Shown here: one piece after another, positions 6,156 to 11,381 of the stretch
How positions within the stretch are numbered: the stretch's first letter is position 1
Layout of the letters: the number at the start of each line of letters is the position of its first letter
DNA from: an uncultured Candidatus Saccharibacteria bacterium
GTDB lineage: Bacteria > Patescibacteriota > Minisyncoccia > Phycocordibacterales > UBA12088
Assembly (NCBI GenBank): GCA_964568345.1
Contig: CAZMPG010000033.1
Coordinates: 1-11,381, forward strand
DNA length: 11,381 bases
Direction of reading: 5' to 3'
Notes under the pieces: generated by a model
Seen by the model: only the letters and a program-made list of their open reading frames with translations
Told to the model about the DNA's origin: nothing
Databases searched by the model: none
Position numbers and translations under genes: made by a program

Positions 6156-7151
6156 ATGCAACCGTTCGATTTTATCGCGATAGGCGACATTACGACCGAT
6201 GAGTTTATCCAGCTCCGCAAGGACCGCGCGATGGTGGCGAAAGACCTCGCCGGCCGCGACGTGCTCTCGATGTACTTCGGTGACAAGCTCGAGTTTGAGG
6301 GAGCGGTCAACGTGCCTGCAGTAGGTAATGCGGCGAACGCCGCGGTGTCCGCAACCCGGCTCGGCCTCGCGACGGGCCTCGTGTGCGACGTCGGCGACGA
6401 TGCGGGTGGTGAGGAGATACTCGCGTGGCTCCGCAAGGAGGGCGTCAATACGGCGTTCGTGGATGTGCAGCCCGGCAAGGAGACGAACCACCACTACGTG
6501 CTTCGCTACGGTCCGGAGCGAACCATCCTCATAAAGCATGAGACATACGACTACGTCGTGCCCGATATGGGCACCCCGACCTGGATCTACTTTTCTTCGG
6601 TTGGCGAACACGGCCTTCAGTACCACCACGACCTCGCCGCATACGTCGCAGCGCACCCCGGCACAAAGCTCGCTTTCCAGCCCGGATCGTTCCAGATACT
6701 CCTCGGCGTTGCGGCGCTCAAAGACGTGTACGATGCGTGCGAGCTCTTCTTCTGCAACAGGGAGGAGGCGCAGCAGATTCTCGGCCGCTCTGACGCGGAT
6801 CTCCCCACACTCCTCCACGGCATCGCGGACCTCGGCCCGACGATACCGGTCATCACCGACGGGCCGCGGGGGGCGTACGCGCTCGCCGAGGATGGGGTGT
6901 GGCACATGCCGATGTACCCCGACCCCGCCCCGCCAGTTGATCGCACCGGCGCCGGTGATGCATTCGCGTCAACATTCACCGCAGCGCTCGCGCTCGGCCT
7001 CGACGTACCGACTGCGCTTCGCTGGGGCCCCATCAACTCGATGTCGGTGGTGCAGAAGATCGGGGCACAGGAGGGGCTTTTGACCCGCGCGGCGCTCGAA
7101 GCGTACCTCGCGCAGGCACCCGCCGATTACGTAGCGCGGAAGGTTGCGTAG
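6156..7151 (+). CDS. PfkB-family carbohydrate/nucleoside kinase (ribokinase-like)
   Basis: The N-terminal motif is FDFIAIGDITTDEF. The Gly-rich sugar-binding region is VPAVGNAANAA. The C-terminal anion-hole motif is DRTGAGDAFASTF. The protein is 331 aa. Substrate cannot be assigned from sequence. Confidence 0.85.
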   Translation: MQPFDFIAIGDITTDEFIQLRKDRAMVAKDLAGRDVLSMYFGDKLEFEGAVNVPAVGNAANAAVSATRLGLATGLVCDVGDDAGGEEILAWLRKEGVNTAFVDVQPGKETNHHYVLRYGPERTILIKHETYDYVVPDMGTPTWIYFSSVGEHGLQYHHDLAAYVAAHPGTKLAFQPGSFQILLGVAALKDVYDACELFFCNREEAQQILGRSDADLPTLLHGIADLGPTIPVITDGPRGAYALAEDGVWHMPMYPDPAPPVDRTGAGDAFASTFTAALALGLDVPTALRWGPINSMSVVQKIGAQEGLLTRAALEAYLAQAPADYVARKVA

Positions 7152-7178
7152 AGGGCGTAGTCTGGTCTGCGGGTGAGG

Positions 7179-7484
7179 CTATGAAGCGCGCTGCGTGAGG
7201 GTGAGGAGCGCCTCGAACGAATCGTCCGGCGCGGCTTTGTTGCGCTTCTCGTGGCCACACGCGACGCAGCGGTGCGTGATGGTCCGCCCGTCGCCGCAAA
7301 GCTCAATCGCCACAGGCTCCATCATGCCGCTGCAGCGCGCGAGCCGATCGCCCGGGAACACATCCACATGCCTGCTCCACAGGCATGTGGGGCAGTGGTT
7401 CGTATACCCGTTCCCAACCACTGCCCCGCCGCAGTGGCCGCAGATAAAGTCTTCGCGGGTGCGGGTGAAGCGGGGGGTTGGCAT
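7179..7484 (-). CDS. RNHCP-domain zinc-ribbon protein (uncharacterised family)
   Basis: FICGHCGGAVVGNGYTNHCPTCLWSRHVD contains the eponymous RNHCP motif (here TNHCP) plus CxxC pairs (CGHC, CPTC, CVAC). The ATG at 7484 lies 4 nt after the rdgB stop, suggesting coupling. The track start at 7538 would overlap rdgB by 50 nt. Confidence 0.7.
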   Translation of the reverse strand: MPTPRFTRTREDFICGHCGGAVVGNGYTNHCPTCLWSRHVDVFPGDRLARCSGMMEPVAIELCGDGRTITHRCVACGHEKRNKAAPDDSFEALLTLTQRAS

Positions 7485-7488
7485 ACGC

Positions 7489-8046
7489 CTACGCACGTGC
7501 CTCCGCGCTTTGGTGCAAAAACGTCCGCAATTTCTCAACCGCGATACGCCTCATGCTCACGCTGTTCTTTTCAGTGAACGTCATCTCAGCAAATGTCCGA
7601 TCGTGCCCATCAGGCTGGAAGATCACGTCCCAGCCGAAACCCGACACCCCCGCCCGGACGGGCACGATAGTGCCGGGAACCACACCCTCAAAAAACGCTA
7701 TGTCGTCTCGAGACCTAGCATACCCGATGATCGTCTTTGCCTCTGCCCTCCTATTGCCCAGTCTCTCGACTATGTCCACGAGGCCGCCGGTGCCAATAGT
7801 GGCGAGGAACCACTTGATGAGCGGGCCCGGCAGACCCTTGAGGCTCTCGAGGTAGAGCGAGGTGTCCTCGATGATGCATGCGCCGTCCCGGTGGCGCAGT
7901 GCCTCGAGCAGCTTCGCCCGGACCACGTTTCTCGCGTCCACGTCCTGGATCTCTGGCAGGTCAATATCCACCTGTTCAACCTCGCCGCCGAGTATAGCCG
8001 CTACCTCCTCGAACTTATTCCGATTGCCGGTGATAAAGGAGAGCAT
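7489..8046 (-). CDS. rdgB: Non-canonical purine NTP pyrophosphatase (RdgB/Ham1 ITPase family)
   Basis: LSFITGNRNKFEEV is the family N-terminal signature. The protein is 185 aa. Other family features include FAEMTFTEKNSVSMRRIAVEKL. Confidence 0.85.
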   Translation of the reverse strand: MLSFITGNRNKFEEVAAILGGEVEQVDIDLPEIQDVDARNVVRAKLLEALRHRDGACIIEDTSLYLESLKGLPGPLIKWFLATIGTGGLVDIVERLGNRRAEAKTIIGYARSRDDIAFFEGVVPGTIVPVRAGVSGFGWDVIFQPDGHDRTFAEMTFTEKNSVSMRRIAVEKLRTFLHQSAEARA

Positions 8047-8057
8047 GGGATGGAGCA

Positions 8058-8210
8058 GTGGACGTTACAGGACTCGATGCCTACCGCATCAGTACACCTT
8101 GTGGCTCGTCTGGTTCGTGCTGCGGCACTCCCCAACAAGGCTCACAAGGTTTTCGAGTCCGCGCGACGCTTTTCTGCGAAAAGCTGCGCGTAACGTCCGC
8201 AGCTCGTCGC
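8058..8210 (-). other. Degenerate tRNA-Val-derived copy / recombination scar, bounded by a 20-nt perfect direct repeat of the tRNA 3' end
   Basis: 8058-8077 GTGGACGTTACAGGACTCGA is identical to 8226-8245, which is the tRNA-Val 3' acceptor/T-stem. 8187-8204 (GCGCGTAACGTCCGCAGC) resembles the tRNA 5' end (GAGCTAAACGTCCGCAAC). On the minus strand the copy reads GGACGTT-AC-GCGC…GCGC…CATCGAGTCCTGTAACGTCCA, with about 80 extra nt and no intact anticodon arm. A plus-orientation T-arm-like GGTTTTCGAGTCC is also present at 8149-8161. Confidence 0.4.
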
Positions 8211-8226
8211 TTCGCTGCCTCGCTGT

Positions 8227-8298
8227 GGACGTTACAGGACTCGAACCTGTGACCTCTCCCGTGTGAAGGGAACGCTCTACCAGCTGAGCTAAACGTCC
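8227..8298 (-). tRNA. tRNA-Val (anticodon CAC)
   Basis: Minus strand: GGACGTT TA GCTC AGCTGTA GAGC G TTCCC TTCACAC GGGAG AGGTC ACAGG TTCGAGT CCTGT AACGTCC A. All four stems pair and the T-loop is TTCGAGT. The anticodon loop carries U33 and A37 around CAC. The tRNA is 72 nt, with CCA not encoded. The D-loop is 7 nt with a single G where GG18-19 is usual. Confidence 0.85.
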
Positions 8299-8315
8299 GC
8301 AACACGAAAATCCTA

Positions 8316-8702
8316 TCAGCTCCTCCTGTCTTCCGCAAGGAGAGCTGCTGCCCGCTGCGCTATGTCGTCGAGCGTCACGTCGGTCTTGAGGAGGTAGTGT
8401 GCATTCTTGTCCGCCTCGTGTCCACCTGGTCGTTCGCCCATATTGGTGAGCATGAGGGTCGGCACGGTGGCACCCCACGGATCTTTGCGCACTTCCGCAA
8501 GGAGCGCGACGCCGGTCATGCGGGGCATCATGACGTCGAGGATGAGGAGCTGGGGGCGCGCCTCGAGCGCTCGTGCAAGGCCCGCTGCCCCGTCGTGCTC
8601 GACCAAGACACGCACGCCGAGGTCGCGGAGAACCTCGGAGAGCATGTCTGAAAAGGCTAGGTCGTCATCAACGATAAGCACGGTCTTCTGGTGTTCGTCC
8701 AT
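8316..8702 (-). CDS. Stand-alone receiver-domain response regulator (CheY-like)
   Basis: The acidic pocket is LIVDDD and the phospho-acceptor context is LLILDVMMP. The protein is 128 aa with no output domain. The ATG lies 11 nt after the kinase stop. Confidence 0.85.
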   Translation of the reverse strand: MDEHQKTVLIVDDDLAFSDMLSEVLRDLGVRVLVEHDGAAGLARALEARPQLLILDVMMPRMTGVALLAEVRKDPWGATVPTLMLTNMGERPGGHEADKNAHYLLKTDVTLDDIAQRAAALLAEDRRS

Positions 8703-8713
8703 GGTGTGAAGGG

Positions 8714-10054
8714 TTAGGCTGATAACTCTACTGTAAAGGTGGTGCCTTTGCCAAGGGCGCTCGTGAATTGGAGTGAGCCACCGAGCCCCTCGGCGAGTGC
8801 TTTACACATGTAGAGGCCGATACCATTGCCGTTTGCCTCCATTGCCTGCGCATTCGTTGCGCGGTAGAGCTTCGAGAATATCTTCCCCTGCTCCTCCGGC
8901 GGTATGCCGATACCGGTGTCGCGCACGCTGATAGTGGCGCGTGCGCGAGACACCGCGAGCGTAAGCCCGATCTCACCACCCTGCGGCGTGTAGCGCACCG
9001 CGTTCGAGAGGAGGTTCTGCACAATGACGCGCACCATTCTCCCGTCGGTGTCGAGGGTGGCTGCTTCGGGGAGCTCGACATGCAGGGTGAGCGCCTTCTC
9101 GCGTGCGGCAGCATCGAGCTCCTCGATGACGCCGCGCACCACCGGCACAATATCCGTCGTCGCACGCTCAATCTTGACCCGCCCCATTTCGATGCGCGAG
9201 AGGTTGAGAAAGGTCCCCACGAGGTCAATCATGTCCTCGTTGCGCCGATACATCTTGCGGAGGTATCCCTCTATTTCCGCCTCGAGCTTGTCTTTGCGGC
9301 GGGTGAGGAGGAAGTCCATGTACCACTTCATATTGGCAAGCGGTGCGCGGAGCTGGTGGCTCGCGAGCGAGAGGAATTCCGTCTTGATGCGCTCGAGCTC
9401 TTTCTGCTCATGGATGTCAACGAGCGTGACGAGGCTCGATCTCTCCTGGCCACCGGGCACGGTGAGGTCTTCGATAGATACGAGCGTCCACCGCCGCTGG
9501 CCATCGCCATGGGTGACGAGGAGCTCCTTCTGCTCTATCGGCAGGCGGCGGCTGACGCGCTCCGCGTACATGGCGAGCTCGTCGTCGTGCTCGGGGAGGG
9601 AGAAGTACGAAAAGAGCTCCTTCCCCGCGAGTCCCTCCTCGGTGGTGCCGAAGAAGCGAAGCGCTGCTTTATTGGGGCGCTTGATAGTACTCCCTTCAAG
9701 GAGGAGGTAGGGCACGGGACTGAGTTCATAGAAGCGGCGGAATTGCTCCTTTGAGAAGGATATATCCCGCGAGAGCGTGTACGCGAGCCGCCGTGCCTGC
9801 GCGCGCAGCGAGATGAGGAGGTACACGAGGAGCGCAACGACGAACGCGAATGCCGTGCCGACGACAAGGAGGCGATCGAGCTCGCTCCGCACCATGAGTG
9901 TCGCGTACGCAGCGTCGTTTATCGTGAGCGCGTACCGTGTGTCGTAGTACTGCCAGACATACACCACCCCGAGCCCGAGCACCACAAATGCGCAGAGAGC
10001 AGCGATGAGCCTCATGTAGGAGTAGTATAGCACTGCGCGGATCCGGTACGCCAT
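8714..10054 (-). CDS. Sensor histidine kinase (2 TM, PAS-like, HisKA, HATPase_c)
   Basis: The H-box is LASHQLRAPLANMKWYMDFL. The N-box is QNLLSNAVRYT. The G-boxes are DTGIGIP and GIGLYMCKALAEGLGG. Two hydrophobic helices flank a short loop. The start is taken at ATG 10054 (MAYRIRAV…, with GGTGTGA upstream). An intrinsic terminator at 10133-10160 lies inside the longer TTG-initiated track ORF. Confidence 0.8.
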   Translation of the reverse strand: MAYRIRAVLYYSYMRLIAALCAFVVLGLGVVYVWQYYDTRYALTINDAAYATLMVRSELDRLLVVGTAFAFVVALLVYLLISLRAQARRLAYTLSRDISFSKEQFRRFYELSPVPYLLLEGSTIKRPNKAALRFFGTTEEGLAGKELFSYFSLPEHDDELAMYAERVSRRLPIEQKELLVTHGDGQRRWTLVSIEDLTVPGGQERSSLVTLVDIHEQKELERIKTEFLSLASHQLRAPLANMKWYMDFLLTRRKDKLEAEIEGYLRKMYRRNEDMIDLVGTFLNLSRIEMGRVKIERATTDIVPVVRGVIEELDAAAREKALTLHVELPEAATLDTDGRMVRVIVQNLLSNAVRYTPQGGEIGLTLAVSRARATISVRDTGIGIPPEEQGKIFSKLYRATNAQAMEANGNGIGLYMCKALAEGLGGSLQFTSALGKGTTFTVELSA

Positions 10055-10055
10055 G

Positions 10056-10074
10056 ATCACACCGGTGGTGTGAT
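10056..10074. promoter_or_regulatory. 8-3-8 inverted repeat abutting the kinase start codon (operator or RBS-sequestering hairpin)
   Basis: ATCACACC-ggt-GGTGTGAT has perfect 8-bp arms. It ends 1 nt before the ATG at 10054. One arm contains the SD-like GGTGTGA. Confidence 0.35.
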
Positions 10075-10132
10075 GGCGATACTGCTTTTGATCCGTGGGC
10101 ATGCGTACCACTTGGTGGTACGGCTCGTGTAG

Positions 10133-10160
10133 AAAAAACGGCCAGCTCGGAGGAGCTGGC
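10133..10160 (-). terminator. Rho-independent terminator of the beta-barrel gene
   Basis: On the minus strand, GCCAGCTC-ctcc-GAGCTGGC is a perfect 8-bp stem (plus 10141-10160). CGTTTTTT follows immediately (plus A-run 10133-10138). It lies 21 nt downstream of the TAA at 10181. Confidence 0.6.
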
Positions 10161-10180
10161 CGAATGATAGTCAATGATGC

Positions 10181-11077
10181 TTAGAATGCGTACTGGAATC
10201 GGGCGAAGAGTGTGGCCCCGTCGTTCCCCCCACGTACAGCATCAAGGGTCGCCGATACTCCCTTGCTTCCCGTACGCCAGCCAATCCCAAGGGTCGTTTC
10301 TGTCCCGGTCGGCGCTGCGTCTACCTGCCCGTGCAGGTCTATGTTGCCCCCAAGGCGATAGGTCGCGAGTACGTATCCACCATGTGGTGACCCGTTGCCA
10401 TTGCTACCGAATAGGCCACCGCGGAATGCTACGGCTCCATCACTCCATGCCGTGTCCACACCGAAGCGGCTCAAGCGGTTGCCCTCTTGTACGGTTAGCG
10501 ACCAGCTCCATCCGCCCACCCTCCAGGTGAGCCTGCCTGACGTCTCCACACCGCGCCATGCCTCCCTGCTATCAAACGAAACCCCGGTCTTACCAGTGAT
10601 ATCGGCGACAACAGTTAGTCGCTCCGAGACATCACTCGCCACCTGTGCACCCCAGCCGTAGCTAGCAAAGGGTTTCCAGGGGTAGCGAATGGTGGTGAGA
10701 GTGTTTGGTGGCGGTAGCGCATAGCCAGCAGCCGTTACCACACGTCCCGCAGTGACTTTTGTGCCGCCCAGGTTCCCTGTCGCAAAAAGTGTCCGCAGCC
10801 AATTTGAACCAGGGTGTGAAGCGTCGACGAGTTCTACTTCAGCACCAAAACGTACCGAGGTATTGGCGTAGCCAGGAAGAATGCGAAACTTTGTGAGACC
10901 CCATTCTCCCGGACTTGACTCGACCTGCACGTAGCCTAAAAGGCTGAAGCGTGGATCGTCGAACAGAGCTGGGGACTCATCTTCGGTGGTCTCTTTCTTT
11001 CCTGGGGCCTTGGTAGGTCCACCAGCAGCGCCTGCCGACAATGCTCCCGCGATAGCGTAAGTGACGAACTGCAGCAT
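10181..11077 (-). CDS. Outer-membrane beta-barrel (porin-like) protein; start uncertain, frame open to the window edge
   Basis: The C-terminus ends …ATLFARFQYAF with a terminal Phe. The body has alternating hydrophobic strands rich in Gly/Thr/Ser/Trp/Tyr (YVLATYRLGG, TLGIGWRTG). A candidate signal peptide is MLQFVTYAIAGALSAGAAG at ATG 11077. The same frame continues without a stop through two TM-like helices to position 11381 and beyond. Confidence 0.55.
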   Translation of the reverse strand: MLQFVTYAIAGALSAGAAGGPTKAPGKKETTEDESPALFDDPRFSLLGYVQVESSPGEWGLTKFRILPGYANTSVRFGAEVELVDASHPGSNWLRTLFATGNLGGTKVTAGRVVTAAGYALPPPNTLTTIRYPWKPFASYGWGAQVASDVSERLTVVADITGKTGVSFDSREAWRGVETSGRLTWRVGGWSWSLTVQEGNRLSRFGVDTAWSDGAVAFRGGLFGSNGNGSPHGGYVLATYRLGGNIDLHGQVDAAPTGTETTLGIGWRTGSKGVSATLDAVRGGNDGATLFARFQYAF

Positions 11078-11381
11078 GCGTCGGAGCTGTTCGACTCGCA
11101 CCAGGTCCGTTGGGTATTTCCAGACCATGAAAGGCCACAGGAGTACCGCTAGAGCGATCCTCGGCAGCTCAAGCAGCACTGATGCCTCCTTGCTATGCAC
11201 GCGCACCCCGAAGAAGAGAACGGCAAACACAAGCGACCAGAGATAGCCCTGCGCGAGCAATTCGGTAGCGCGTGTCGTATCCATCTGCTCGCCCCGCAAC
11301 CGACCCTTCCTTTCAAAGGGTAGTCCGTCGTGTGAGCGCTTGTAGCTGTCACGCGCTGCTTCGAACGCGCCAGTATTACCC

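Noticed and set aside
6132-6905. 257-aa ORF antisense to the PfkB kinase, and 181-aa/139-aa ORFs at 6538-7083
   Set aside because: These are alternate-frame or antisense ORFs within a well-supported kinase gene. Their composition is biased to Arg/Ser/Pro.
7195-8193. 332-aa plus-strand ORF across RNHCP, rdgB and the tRNA scar
   Set aside because: It is antisense to two well-supported genes and crosses a tRNA-derived region. It is an artefact.
10055-10174. N-terminal 40-aa extension of the histidine kinase from TTG 10174
   Set aside because: It contains the intrinsic terminator of the upstream gene. It has no kinase-like or TM features.
1-11381. CRISPR arrays, rRNA, IS/transposase or integrase genes
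   Set aside because: No regularly spaced direct repeats are present. No rRNA-like conserved blocks are present. No transposase or integrase ORF appears in any frame.

Overview
This is a high-GC (~65-70% by hand counts) bacterial chromosomal segment with two distinct parts.

**Low-GC island edge (positions 1-2098).** GC runs from about 35% at the 5' end to about 55% in the main gene. It carries a canonical sigma70 promoter and an AGGAGG-bearing leader. A 59-78 aa soluble ORF follows, then a 461-aa flotillin-like SPFH/band-7 protein and an intrinsic terminator. The cassette is convergent with prfA and separated from it by a perfect 15-bp hairpin at 2099-2131.

**Native high-GC core, with most genes on the minus strand.**
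- prfA (RF1, with a short N-terminal domain), rpmE (cysteine-less L31 type B), a coiled-coil plus family-3 lytic transglycosylase, and rplY (L25/Ctc) are present.
- These four genes have short or no leaders and share TTGCSS-N16/17-TAnnnT promoters.
- A divergent PfkB-family kinase sits on the plus strand.
- An RNHCP zinc-ribbon protein is translationally coupled to rdgB (ITPase).
- tRNA-Val(CAC) lies next to a degenerate tRNA-derived copy, with a 20-nt perfect direct repeat of the tRNA 3' end.
- A stand-alone receiver-domain response regulator, a PAS histidine kinase and a porin-like beta-barrel protein complete the set. The beta-barrel ORF stays open to the window edge.

**Other elements.**
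- A ~177-bp long imperfect palindrome lies between the transglycosylase and rpmE.
- An 8-3-8 inverted repeat abuts the kinase start codon.
- Intrinsic terminators lie downstream of the rplY and porin-like genes (and of the flotillin gene on the plus strand).

No CRISPR array, rRNA, transposase or integrase was seen. Many long ORFs in the six-frame track are antisense or alternate-frame artefacts of the high GC content.

The best candidate for an undescribed system is the flotillin gene paired with an unusual small soluble protein on the foreign island. Secondary candidates are the tRNA-derived recombination scar and the long palindromic element.
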